Source: Alphaproteobacteria bacterium (GTDB lineage: Bacteria > Pseudomonadota > Alphaproteobacteria > MPNO01). Taken from it: 64,000 nucleotides of DNA. Where the stretch lies: the NCBI GenBank assembly GCA_965248835.1, contig CBDFLJ010000001.1, positions 1,600,001 to 1,664,000 on the forward strand. The letters are read 5' to 3'. The position numbers were made by a program, and so were the translations under genes. Under the pieces are notes generated by a model. The model saw only the letters and a list, made by a program, of their open reading frames with translations. It did not search any database and was not told where the DNA came from. This document shows positions 13,944-23,215 of the stretch, in pieces (positions within the stretch are counted from its first letter, which is position 1; each line of letters begins with the position of its first letter).

Positions 13944-14444
13944 ATGCCGCCGGACACCGCCGCCGTCGCGCCGGCCATCAAGCCGCGTTTCATTTCGCAT
14001 GGCACTCTGGGCTGCCGGGACCTCGCACGCACGCGGCGATTCTACGGGGAATTCCTCGGGCTCGAAGTCGTCCAGACCAGCCCGATATCGCTGATGGTCC
14101 GGCTCGGCGGCGATCACGTCTACGCCGTCGTGCAGGTCAAGCAGAAGTCCGAGATGCCGCGGTTCTACCACAACGGCCTCGACGTCGAGACGCCCGAAAA
14201 GGTCGATGAGGCCTATCGGACCGTGCTCGCCAACCAGGAAACCTGGGGGTTGCACATGGCGACCCGGCCGGTCGAGCAACACGGCACCTACAGCTTCATG
14301 TTTTGGGATCTGGACGACAATTGTTGGGAGATCCTGTCGAATCCGCCGTGCGGCTATATGTGGATCTTCGAGCAGGGCGACCTCGAGGGTAAGGGCCATT
14401 TCGAGCGCGGGTTCCACAAACGCCGGCCAGACCAGGGACAATAG
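13944..14444 (+). CDS. VOC/glyoxalase family protein
   Basis: ISHGTL...RFYGEFLGL, HNGLD, FWDLDDNCWEI. Confidence 0.85.
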   Translation: MPPDTAAVAPAIKPRFISHGTLGCRDLARTRRFYGEFLGLEVVQTSPISLMVRLGGDHVYAVVQVKQKSEMPRFYHNGLDVETPEKVDEAYRTVLANQETWGLHMATRPVEQHGTYSFMFWDLDDNCWEILSNPPCGYMWIFEQGDLEGKGHFERGFHKRRPDQGQ

Positions 14445-14467
14445 GGCGTCGGCCGGTCCGAAGGGGA

Positions 14468-15481
14468 ATGCGCGTGGAGTTCGGAATCTTCGACCACCTG
14501 GATGCGACCGGCGCGCCGCTGGACGCCTACTACGCCGACCGCCTGGCGCTGATCTCGCTCTACGAGCGGGTGGGGTTCCGCAGCTACCACATCGCCGAGC
14601 ACCACTCGACCCCGCTGGGCATGGCGCCCTCGCCGAACCTGTTCCTGTCGGCCGTCGCCGCCCGGACCACGCGGCTGCGGTTCGGACCGCTGGTCTTCGC
14701 GCTGCCGCTCTACCATCCGCTGCGGCTGATCCAAGAGATCTGCATGCTGGACCAGCTCAGCGGCGGCCGGCTGGAGATCGGCTTCGGGCGCGGCGCCTCG
14801 GCGATCGAGGCGGCCTATTTCGGCAACGATCACACCATCTCCGAGCCGATCTACCGCGAATATCTCGACCTGATGCTGACCGGCATGGCGGAAGGCAGGC
14901 TCGACGGCAAGGGTACCTACTACGAGTTCGACGACGTGCCGTTGATGTTCGGCCCCTACCAGAAGCCGCATCCGCCGCTGTGGTACGGCGTCCATTCGAC
15001 CGAGAGCGCGGCGCGGGCGGCGCGGATGGGCAGCCACATCGTAAGCCTCGATTCCGCCGAAGAGACCGGGACGTTCGCCGACCGGTTTCGCGAGGTCTGG
15101 GCCGGGGAGCATGGCGAGGGCGGCGCGGAGCCGCTGGTCGGGCTCGGGCTGTTCGTCTTCGTCGCCGAGACCGACGCGGCCGCGTTGGCCGCGGCGCGCC
15201 GCGCCTACCCGGTCTGGCACAAGAGCTTCAACTACCTGTTCGTGCGCCACAACACCGCGCCGCCGATGCATCAGCGCCCGCCCCATTGGGACGATATGGC
15301 CGCCCAGGGCCGGGCGATTGCCGGCGCGCCGGGGACGGTTGCTGCCAGGCTGGCCGAGCGTCTGGAGGTCTCAAAGGCGACCTACCTCGTCGGTCAGTTC
15401 GCCTTCGGTGATCTGAGCCTGGCGGAGAACACGCGATCGATCGAGCTGTTCGCCGAACAGGTCATGCCGGCGCTGGCCTGA
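14468..15481 (+). CDS. LLM-class flavin-dependent oxidoreductase
   Basis: AEHH, LDQLSGGRLEIGFGRG, PYQKPHPP. Confidence 0.9.
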   Translation: MRVEFGIFDHLDATGAPLDAYYADRLALISLYERVGFRSYHIAEHHSTPLGMAPSPNLFLSAVAARTTRLRFGPLVFALPLYHPLRLIQEICMLDQLSGGRLEIGFGRGASAIEAAYFGNDHTISEPIYREYLDLMLTGMAEGRLDGKGTYYEFDDVPLMFGPYQKPHPPLWYGVHSTESAARAARMGSHIVSLDSAEETGTFADRFREVWAGEHGEGGAEPLVGLGLFVFVAETDAAALAAARRAYPVWHKSFNYLFVRHNTAPPMHQRPPHWDDMAAQGRAIAGAPGTVAARLAERLEVSKATYLVGQFAFGDLSLAENTRSIELFAEQVMPALA

Positions 15482-15488
15482 CCCCAAC

Positions 15489-16370
15489 TCATCCATAGAC
15501 GTCATGGGCGCGGACCGCGACGTCCATCGCGCCGATTCCTTCGAATTCCAGATGCATCACCTCGCCCGGCCGGACCCGGCTGACGCCGGCGCAGGTGCCG
15601 GACATGATGATATCGCCGGGGTGCAGCGTGTAGAACTTCGACGCCCAGGCGATCTGGCCGGGCAGGTCGAGGATCAGGTTGGCGGTGTTGTTCTCCTGGC
15701 GCACCTCGCCGGCGACGCTGAGGAAGAAATCGAGCTTGCCGGGGTCTTCGATCTCGTCGGCGGTCACCATCCACGGGCCGAAGACGGCATAGCTGTCGAC
15801 GGACTTGCGGAAGCTGCGGTCCTCGGGCCCGCGCACGACCATGTCCATGGCGATGCCGTAGCCCGCGACATGGTCCATCGCGTCGGCATAGGCGATGTCG
15901 CTGCCGTGCCGACCGATCACCACGCCGAGCTCGGCCTCATGGTCGGTCCGGCGGTCGGCGAAGCGCACCGCGACCCCTTCCGAGGGGCCGATCAGCGCGC
16001 TGGTCGCCTTGAGGAACAGGCCCTGGTCTTCCATCGTGCGGCGCGGCTTGCCTTGGCTGATGCCGTGATCGGCGGCCGCCTCGGCGGCGTGCGCCTCGTA
16101 GTTCTGCGGCACCCCGATGATCTTGCTCGGATTGGCGACCGGGCTGAGCAACGCGACGTCTGCCACGGGAGTGCCCCGGGCGGCGTCGGCGATCGCCGCC
16201 ATCGCCGGGCGCAGGGTCTCGAGGTTGGCGATCACCGGATCGCCCAGCGGGAAGGCGAACCGGTAGCTGGGCAGGGCCTCGAGCGCCCGCGTGACGTCGA
16301 AGACCAGCCCGTCGCGCATGATGCCCATGCGGTCGGTGCCCGCGCGATCACGAAACCGGCAGATTTTCAT
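15489..16370 (-). CDS. fumarylacetoacetate hydrolase family protein
   Basis: NYEAH, FLKA, DHEAELGVVIG, RKS, GPW, LHPGDII.SGT. Confidence 0.92.
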   Translation of the reverse strand: MKICRFRDRAGTDRMGIMRDGLVFDVTRALEALPSYRFAFPLGDPVIANLETLRPAMAAIADAARGTPVADVALLSPVANPSKIIGVPQNYEAHAAEAAADHGISQGKPRRTMEDQGLFLKATSALIGPSEGVAVRFADRRTDHEAELGVVIGRHGSDIAYADAMDHVAGYGIAMDMVVRGPEDRSFRKSVDSYAVFGPWMVTADEIEDPGKLDFFLSVAGEVRQENNTANLILDLPGQIAWASKFYTLHPGDIIMSGTCAGVSRVRPGEVMHLEFEGIGAMDVAVRAHDVYG

Positions 16371-16385
16371 CCGATCCTCTCCCCG

Positions 16386-16632
16386 TCATTCCATCAGGTC
16401 CGGCAGGTAGAGCGCGATCTTAGGAAAGATGATCAGCGGCGCCAGCAGCAGGATAAGATCGCAGCCGAGATAGGGAAGGGCCGCGCGCGGATGTCGACCA
16501 GCGAAAACCCCATACCGTCGATCACCCTGCACTCCAGCGCGGTGTAGACCGCGCTCGGGCGCATGACCGCCGCGGTGCCGCGATCGCCAGCCCGACAGCG
16601 AGCGCGCCACGGCAATATCCGAGAGTCCTCAT
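16386..16632 (-). pseudogene. collapsed TRAP transporter operon relic (dctP 5' end, internal dctP piece, dctM 3' end)
   Basis: Three frames: MRTLGYCRGALAVGLAIAA (signal-like); VMRPSAVYTALECRVIDG (DctP motif); AALPYLGCDLILLLAPLIIFPKIALYLPDLM (DctM C-terminus). Confidence 0.8.
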
Positions 16633-16730
16633 CGTGCCTGTCTTTCCAAAGCCCGTTCCCGGGACGATATGTGCCGTTGGAGGGTGACTCCAACAGACCG
16701 GCAAGGACAAATTGCGGGCGTGTGGGGTGC

Positions 16731-17957
16731 TCAGCCGAGCGGCCCGAGGAACGGCTCGCCTGCGAAGGTATCCGAGGCCGGATCGAGCGCCTCCGGCCAG
16801 ACCTCCGAGACCGCGCGGCGCTGTTCCGGCGTGCGCGGTCTTCCGTCCCAGCCGATCTGCTCCATGTAGTAGTAGAGCTGGATCGCGTGGCCGTCGGGGT
16901 CGATGGCAAAGGCCGAATAGTCGATCCCGGGGAACAGCCCGGCCGGCAAATGCCTGATCTCGACCCGGCGTCTTTCGAGGAACCCCACCGCCTCGCGGAG
17001 CTGCGCGTAGTCGCCCACCTGCATGCCGAAGGACATGCAGCTCGTGTGCCCGCTCAGCCCGAGTTCGCCGCGCAGGGCGATCGGGTAGAGCGCCATCGAA
17101 TGGTGCTCGGTGTTGACCCGCAGGAAGACGCAGCGGTGCCCGTTCCAGGAGACTTCCTCGGTAACGGTCATCCCCAGCCGGTCGCGGTAGAAGCCGACCG
17201 ACCGGTCGAGGTCGTCGACGAACAGGCGGACCGGCCCGATGCGGACCACCTTGAACGGCCGCGGCAGCAGGATGCCGCCGACGTCGTATTCGGCCTTCAG
17301 GTCGTGCTCGTGGCGGTAGCCGGATGCCAGGTCGGTGCCCTTTGCGCGCGCCTGGACGACCTCCTCGTATTCGGAGATCTGCGGCAGCCCGGGGGTTTCC
17401 TCGAACCCGCGTTCGGCGAACGTGTCGGGTTTGGAGACGCCGTCCCAGCCGATCTGCTCGATGCCGTAATAGAGCTCGTTGATGTGCTCGTCCGGGTCGA
17501 ACGGATAGACATGCCAGTTCGAGCCCGGCGTATCCCGGCCCGAGCGCCGGATCGGGTTGTCGAGCCCGCGCAGCCATTGCTCGGCCGAGGTGACCTCGCG
17601 CAGGCTGCCGACCTGCCAGGTGATCTGGTTGACGGTCATGTCGGGGCGCAGCGACCGGCCGCCGCCGATGTAATCGAGCACCGGCTTGGGGAAGACCACG
17701 AAGGAATGGTGATCGGTCCCGTGGCGCATGAAATAGCCGACGGTGTCGCCGAGCCGCCCGCGCGCCGCCTCGTCCTCGATCCGCGCGCCGAAATCCAGCG
17801 GATCGGAGACGCAGAAGCCCATCAGGTCGGTGTAGAACCGCCGGCAGGCCTCGACGTCCCGGACGTTGAAGCCGAAATGACCCAGCCGCCTGATCTTGAA
17901 CGGCCGGTCCAGCCAGACGCCACCGACATTGAACTTCGCCGCCGCGGTTCCTTCCAT
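16731..17957 (-). CDS. two-domain VOC family protein (extradiol dioxygenase-like fold)
   Basis: Internal duplication (VGG..L.RPFK and LYY..EQIGWDG each twice); start could be 17972. Confidence 0.85.
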   Translation of the reverse strand: MEGTAAAKFNVGGVWLDRPFKIRRLGHFGFNVRDVEACRRFYTDLMGFCVSDPLDFGARIEDEAARGRLGDTVGYFMRHGTDHHSFVVFPKPVLDYIGGGRSLRPDMTVNQITWQVGSLREVTSAEQWLRGLDNPIRRSGRDTPGSNWHVYPFDPDEHINELYYGIEQIGWDGVSKPDTFAERGFEETPGLPQISEYEEVVQARAKGTDLASGYRHEHDLKAEYDVGGILLPRPFKVVRIGPVRLFVDDLDRSVGFYRDRLGMTVTEEVSWNGHRCVFLRVNTEHHSMALYPIALRGELGLSGHTSCMSFGMQVGDYAQLREAVGFLERRRVEIRHLPAGLFPGIDYSAFAIDPDGHAIQLYYYMEQIGWDGRPRTPEQRRAVSEVWPEALDPASDTFAGEPFLGPLG

Positions 17958-18030
17958 GTCTCGCGCTTCCACCGGTTCTGCTTCGTCCTCGATGGACCCT
18001 GACTCGGAATCGCCGCGGTGGCAACTCGGC

Positions 18031-18228
18031 TCAGGCCGGTTCCTCGGTGCGTCGGCCGGTACTGTCGATGAAAGCCCTGACGCTGCGCAGCGACCGGCCT
18101 TCCAGCCGCGCGGCGATCATGTAGCGCGCGCGTGCGGCGACCAGCCGACCCCGCGCGAACCGCCGCCGAACCAGCCGCGGGCAACCTCCGCCATTGCGTG
18201 CGCAGGACCAGACGCTCACATCACCCAA
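18031..18228 (-). pseudogene. possible LysR substrate-binding-domain C-terminal relic
   Basis: ...RNGGG.PRLVRRRFARGRLVA...RYMIAARLEGRSLRSVRAFIDS resembles LTTR C-termini (G.LV...VRAF.D). Confidence 0.45.
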
Positions 18229-18366
18229 GACCGCTGGATGCGCCTGGATGCGCGCCGAGGCTCGACCGCAAACCGATCATCGCGTAGTGATCTCCGCTGC
18301 TGCGTCCGCCGCTACCCTGGCGTGGGGCGCCGGCGGAACAAGTATCCCAACGGAGGATCGCAACGG

Positions 18367-18780
18367 ATGGATGGGTGGTTCGAGACCATTCGCGGCGTGG
18401 TGTTTCCCTGGAACTGCGACCAGTTCGGCCACATGAACGTGCGCTGGTACGGTCATTTCTTCGACGATGCCGACTATCACCTGTGGACCATGTCCGGGCT
18501 GGCACAGTCGATCCCCCGGGTGGTCGCTCAGACCAGGCTCGACTTCGTGCATGAGTTGAAGGCCGGGAACCTGCTGGTCATCAAAAACGCCTGGACTCAT
18601 GTCGGGACCAAGAGCCTGCGCCATATCGGGCGCATGTTCGATGCCGAGACCGGCGCGCTGTGCGCGCGCCAGGAGAACGTGCTGGTCACCTTCGACCCGG
18701 AGAAGCGGGCCGCCGCCCCGATGCCCGATCTGGTGCGCCGGACCCTGACGCCGCTGGTGATCGCACCCGCAGACGACTGA
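18367..18780 (+). CDS. acyl-CoA thioesterase (4HBT-like hotdog fold)
   Basis: VFPWNCDQFGHMNVRWY; GGAGG RBS. Confidence 0.85.
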   Translation: MDGWFETIRGVVFPWNCDQFGHMNVRWYGHFFDDADYHLWTMSGLAQSIPRVVAQTRLDFVHELKAGNLLVIKNAWTHVGTKSLRHIGRMFDAETGALCARQENVLVTFDPEKRAAAPMPDLVRRTLTPLVIAPADD

Positions 18781-19233
18781 TCAGCCGGGGGTTTCCTTGC
18801 TGAACGGCAGGAAGTCCCCGGCGGGATCCAGACCGTATCCCTCGCCGATCCGCTCCAGCGCGCTGATCTCCAGCACGTTGCGGTCGGGGTCATGGAAATA
18901 GGCCTGGCGGCCGATGAAGACGCCGTCGCGGCGGTCTTCTTCGAAGAAGACCGCCACCCCGTGCCCCTTCACGTGCTCGATCGCCTCGTCGTACTTGTCG
19001 ACATCGACGCGGAAGGCGTGGTGGACAAGGAACTCGTTGCCCGGGTTGGGGTCGATCGGCGTCTTGGAGCGGGTCAGGATCACATGGTCGTCGCCGGCCA
19101 TCATGAAGACCATGCCGATGGCCGGCACCCGCTGGATCGTCCGCAGCCCCACAACGTCGCGGTAGAACGCCTCGCTGCGTTCGGTATCGCTGACCGGGAT
19201 CGTGAAATGGACGACGCCCTTGGTTTCGATCAT
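18781..19233 (-). CDS. VOC family protein
   Basis: VHFTIPV...FYRDVVGL, HHAF, YFHDPDRNVLEI. Confidence 0.88.
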   Translation of the reverse strand: MIETKGVVHFTIPVSDTERSEAFYRDVVGLRTIQRVPAIGMVFMMAGDDHVILTRSKTPIDPNPGNEFLVHHAFRVDVDKYDEAIEHVKGHGVAVFFEEDRRDGVFIGRQAYFHDPDRNVLEISALERIGEGYGLDPAGDFLPFSKETPG

Positions 19234-19263
19234 CGCGGCCTCCTGCGGTGCGGTTGGGTACGG

Positions 19264-19277
19264 AAATCGATCGATTT
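19264..19277. promoter_or_regulatory. perfect palindrome AAATCGATCGATTT, candidate operator
   Basis: 14-bp palindrome about 30 bp upstream of the VOC start at 19233. Confidence 0.4.
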
Positions 19278-19344
19278 ATCCACGCCCTTGATCCGAGGCA
19301 TGGTGCGGTGAATGCGGGGCTTGGCGGATCTTTTCCGCGCCCGT

Positions 19345-20067
19345 TCACCCATCTGCGGACTTTCCTGTCGGCCTCGACGACACGGTCGGGCGCGTAGATC
19401 GCGGAGGCGACGGCCGGTGCCCGGCCGCAGCGTCCCACAGGGCGGCAAGTTCCGCGCCGGTGGTGAGGTCGCCGAACAGGAAGGCGACGTTCTTCAACGT
19501 CGCCTCGTGCAGCTCCTGGTTGGCCGAGCCGACGCAGTCACCGGGCACGGCGATGTAGTAGTCGCGTAGGAACCCGTCGCGCAGCGTGGAATCGATACAG
19601 ATGTTGGTCGCCACCCCGGTCACCACCAGCGAGCGGATGCCGCGCCGGCGCAGGAGTCCTTCGAGCGGGGTGCCCACGAAGGCGCTGTAACGGTGCTTTT
19701 TCAGCTCCGGCTCGCCCGCGCCCGGGGCGATCATGAACCAGTCCGCCCCCCAGCCGTCCTCGGCGCAGCACACCGCGTGGTCGAGCCCCATCTCGTCGCG
19801 CTTGGCGAGCATCGGCGCGGATTGGTATTTCGGGTCATAGACCGCCTTGACCCAGACGATGTAGACGCCCGCCCGCCGCGCGACCTCGACCAGCGACCCG
19901 ATGGCTTCGGCCACCGCGACGCTGCCGCTCACGTCGCGCCCCATGACCGCATCGACATAGCCGCCCTTGGCGCAGAAGTCGTTCTGGACGTCGATCACCA
20001 GCAGCGCCGTGTGGGCGGGCGCGATCCGGTCGGGCAGGGTCCGCAGAAGCGCTTCCGTCCGGTCCAT
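19345..20067 (-). CDS. cysteine hydrolase (isochorismatase/RutB-like)
   Basis: IDVQNDF, KHRYSAF, GVATNIC (D-K-C triad). Confidence 0.9.
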   Translation of the reverse strand: MDRTEALLRTLPDRIAPAHTALLVIDVQNDFCAKGGYVDAVMGRDVSGSVAVAEAIGSLVEVARRAGVYIVWVKAVYDPKYQSAPMLAKRDEMGLDHAVCCAEDGWGADWFMIAPGAGEPELKKHRYSAFVGTPLEGLLRRRGIRSLVVTGVATNICIDSTLRDGFLRDYYIAVPGDCVGSANQELHEATLKNVAFLFGDLTTGAELAALWDAAAGHRPSPPRSTRPTVSSRPTGKSADG

Positions 20068-20212
20068 CGTTCTACTCCGCGGCCTCGGCGCAGCACTTCC
20101 CCCGGCCGGCCCGTTCTGCCGTCATATCGATGCCTCCCACGGGAGCAGGCCGATGATAGGCGATCGATCCGCCATCCGATACACTTGGGCCAGATAATCG
20201 AGGGAGGATGCG

Positions 20213-20830
20213 TTGATCGATCTATATTTCTGGACTACGGACAACGGCTACAAGGCCCGCCAGATGGTCGAGGAAACCGGGCTCGACTATACGATAAAGC
20301 CGATCAATCTGCGCGAGAACGCGCAGTTCGACCCGGCGTTCATGAAGATCAGCCCGGGCCACAAGATCCCGGCGATCGTCGATCCCGACGGGCCGGGCGG
20401 CCGCAGGCTCACGCTATGCGAATCGGGTGCGATCCTCGCTTATCTCGCCGGCAAGGCGGGCGGCGCGCTCTATCCCGAGGACCCGGCCCTGCGCCCGGCG
20501 GTCGATCAGTGGTTCTTCTTCGGCACCTCGACCTTCACCCCGCTCGCCCAGCAGTTCGGCCTGTTCTTCCACCGCTTCGGCGAGGACGTACCGCCTGCCA
20601 AGGCCCATTACGATACCGTGCTGCGCGATCTGTTCTCGATCTTCGACCGGCATCTCGCCGACCACGAGTACTTCGCCGACGCGTATTCGATCGCCGACGT
20701 CTCGTCCTATCCCGACGTCCACATCCACGGGGCCGGCGGCATCGGCTTGGCGGACTACCCCAACCTCAAGCGCTGGCACGACGCGATCGAAGCACGGCCG
20801 GCGGTCCAGCGCGCCTGGGGCGACTTCTAG
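20213..20830 (+). CDS. glutathione S-transferase family (YfcG-like)
   Basis: TTG start with AGGGAGG RBS; T.NGYK, KIPAI, ESGAIL, SIAD. Confidence 0.9.
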   Translation: MIDLYFWTTDNGYKARQMVEETGLDYTIKPINLRENAQFDPAFMKISPGHKIPAIVDPDGPGGRRLTLCESGAILAYLAGKAGGALYPEDPALRPAVDQWFFFGTSTFTPLAQQFGLFFHRFGEDVPPAKAHYDTVLRDLFSIFDRHLADHEYFADAYSIADVSSYPDVHIHGAGGIGLADYPNLKRWHDAIEARPAVQRAWGDF

Positions 20831-20881
20831 CGCGCCATCGGTCACAACGACGCCCCCGGTGCGCCGGTTTCGATCGCTGTG

Positions 20882-20915
20882 AAAAGAAGGCCCGGAAATC
20901 ATCGATTCCCGGGCC
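20882..20915 (-). terminator. intrinsic terminator of the putative sRNA
   Basis: Minus strand GGCCCGGGAATC-GAT-GATTTCCGGGCC followed by TTCTTTT. Confidence 0.75.
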
Positions 20916-21052
20916 AGTATAACAGGGAGGCTTCACGTCTGGGAGACGTAGGGTCCGAAGACCCTCATCCGGCGTGCAGGACACGCGCGGATCTCGAGGC
21001 GCCTGGCCGGGCTTGCCGCGCACGCGGCTTGCGACGGCCATTCGCCATTGTT
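20882..21052 (-). ncRNA. putative AbcR-like (alpha-r15) trans-acting sRNA; structured core 20882-20966, 5' end uncertain
   Basis: cUUCGg hairpin, hairpin with CUCCCA apex, single-stranded CCUCCCUGUU, terminator; directly downstream of the lsrB-like gene. Confidence 0.65.
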
Positions 21053-21112
21053 CGGCCCTATTGAATAGGGGCCGATCGGCGTTCGATTCTACGGAGTTTT
21101 TTACATTTCAGA

Positions 21113-21129
21113 CATGCGCTGAACGCATG
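21113..21129. promoter_or_regulatory. LysR-type T-N11-A palindromic box
   Basis: CATGCG-CTGAA-CGCATG between the LysR stop and the sRNA. Confidence 0.6.
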
Positions 21130-21153
21130 GCTCGTGGTATCCACAAGCAATCG

Positions 21154-22047
21154 TCAATAAATTCCGCCGGATGCGACGCTGCTGACCAAGAAATCGCGAA
21201 ACGCGGTGATTCGCTGCGAATGGCGCAGCTCCTCAGGGTAGACAAAATAGATGTCGAAGGCCGGCCCCTCCATCTCCGGCAGGACCGGGACGAGGTCGCG
21301 GGCGAGTTGGCCCAGATAGTCGGGCAGCGAGGCGATCCCGAGCCCGCTGGCGGCCGCCCGGTACATGCCGTAGATGTTGTTCACCCGCAGCACCGGGCGG
21401 CGCGGCGCGCGCGAGTCGCGCCCTGCGGCGAGCATCCAGTTGATCTCCGAGTACGGTGGACGGATCGTCTCGTCATAGGCGATGAGCTGATGCCGGTCGA
21501 GTTCGTCCAGCCGGTGCGGCGTGCCGAATTTGTTGAGGTAGGACGGCGCGGCGAAGGCGTGGTGGCGCATCGTCGCCAGCCGCCGCTGGATCAGATCGGA
21601 TTGACGCGGCGGGGTCATGCGGATGGCGACGTCGGCCTGACCCATCAACAGGTCGAGCTCGTCCTCGCTGACCACCAACGTCACCGAGATCTCCGGATAG
21701 GTCTCGATGAATTCCCGGAGCCGCTCGGTCAGCCAGATCGAGCCGAAGGCGACCGTGGTGGTGATGCGCAGCGGACCCTTGGGCCGGTCGCGCGACTCGC
21801 TGACCATCGCCTCGGCCATGGCAAGCTTGGCAAACACCTCCTTGGCCGTCTGAAAGAGCGTCTCGCCGGTTTCGGTCAGCCTGAGCCCGCGGGCGTGGCG
21901 ATGGAACAGCGGCGCGTTGAGGCTGCTCTCCAACGCGCCGATCTGGCGGCTGACCGAGGACTGAGACAGGTTCAGCGACTCCCCGGCGTGGGTGAAACTG
22001 CCCGCCTCGGCAACGGCGTGGAAGACCCGGAGCTTGTCCCAATCCAT
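21154..22047 (-). CDS. lsrB: LysR family regulator, LsrB/VtlR-like
   Basis: MDWDKLRVFHAVAEAGSFTHAG..LNLSQS, LFHRHARGL, YPEELR; immediately downstream of trxB. Confidence 0.85.
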   Translation of the reverse strand: MDWDKLRVFHAVAEAGSFTHAGESLNLSQSSVSRQIGALESSLNAPLFHRHARGLRLTETGETLFQTAKEVFAKLAMAEAMVSESRDRPKGPLRITTTVAFGSIWLTERLREFIETYPEISVTLVVSEDELDLLMGQADVAIRMTPPRQSDLIQRRLATMRHHAFAAPSYLNKFGTPHRLDELDRHQLIAYDETIRPPYSEINWMLAAGRDSRAPRRPVLRVNNIYGMYRAAASGLGIASLPDYLGQLARDLVPVLPEMEGPAFDIYFVYPEELRHSQRITAFRDFLVSSVASGGIY

Positions 22048-22067
22048 CGTCAAGGGTTTGTGCGTCC

Positions 22068-23030
22068 CTATTCTGCGGCGACCGCGACTTCGTGCTCGGA
22101 AAGGAACTTCTCCGCCTCGAGCGCGGCCATGCAGCCGGTGCCCGCTGCGGTGACCGCCTGGCGGTATATCTTGTCCTGCACGTCGCCGGCCGCGAACACG
22201 CCCGGAACGCTGGTCGCGGTGCTGTCGGGCTCGGTCCTGATATAGCCTTCGGCATCCATGTCGAGCTGGCCGCGGAATAGTTGCGTTGCCGGGTCGTGGC
22301 CGATGGCCACGAAGAGCCCGCCGACCGCAAGCGCGCTCGTGGCACCCGACTTGACGTTGCGCAGCCGTAGCCCGGTGACCTCGGGCGGGTCCTGGTTGCC
22401 CAGGACTTCCTCGACCACCGTGTCCCAGATCATCTCGACCTTGTCGTTCCGGAACAGCCGTTCCTGCAGGATCTTCTCCGCCCGCAGCCGGTCGCGGCGG
22501 TGGATCAGACTCACCTTGCTCGCATGGTTGGTCAGATAGAGCGCCTCCTCGACTGCGGTGTTGCCGCCGCCGACGACGCCGATCTCCTTGCCGCGGAAGA
22601 AGAACCCGTCGCAGGTCGCGCACGCCGACACGCCGAAGCCCTGGAACGCCGACTCGCTGGGGAGCCCGAGCCAGCGGGCCTGGGCACCGGTGGCGATGAT
22701 AATGGTCTCGGCCAGATAGCTATCCCCGCCGTCACCGGTGCAGCGGAACGGGCGCTGCGTCAGATCGACCTCGCTGATCAGATCGGTGACCAGCCGCGTG
22801 CCGACATTCTGCGCCTGGGCGGCCATCTGCTCCATCAGCCAGGGGCCCTGGATGACCTCGGCGAAACCGGGATAGTTCTCGACATCGGTGGTGATGCTGA
22901 GCTGGCCGCCGACCTCGATGCCGGTGACCAGCATCGGCTCCAGCGCGGCGCGTGCGGCATAGACCGCCGCGGTATATCCCGCCGGCCCGGAACCCACGAT
23001 CAGGACTTTGGCAGCGTGGTTTTGCGACAT
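22068..23030 (-). CDS. trxB: thioredoxin reductase
   Basis: [34 protein letters not shown]. Confidence 0.97.
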   Translation of the reverse strand: MSQNHAAKVLIVGSGPAGYTAAVYAARAALEPMLVTGIEVGGQLSITTDVENYPGFAEVIQGPWLMEQMAAQAQNVGTRLVTDLISEVDLTQRPFRCTGDGGDSYLAETIIIATGAQARWLGLPSESAFQGFGVSACATCDGFFFRGKEIGVVGGGNTAVEEALYLTNHASKVSLIHRRDRLRAEKILQERLFRNDKVEMIWDTVVEEVLGNQDPPEVTGLRLRNVKSGATSALAVGGLFVAIGHDPATQLFRGQLDMDAEGYIRTEPDSTATSVPGVFAAGDVQDKIYRQAVTAAGTGCMAALEAEKFLSEHEVAVAAE

Positions 23031-23215
23031 GGCTTCTCGATCCGGGACACGGCGCACCGCCGCGTCATTGCTGCGAACAGGGCTGAAATTAGGGCCATGC
23101 CGACGCCATTTCCAGAGATCAAACGCAGCGGCCAGACTAAACTCTTGAAATATAATTGCGGCCGATGGTAATTTAATTGCGCGTTATCTGCGGCCGGAAC
23201 GGCTGGGGGGTGCCG

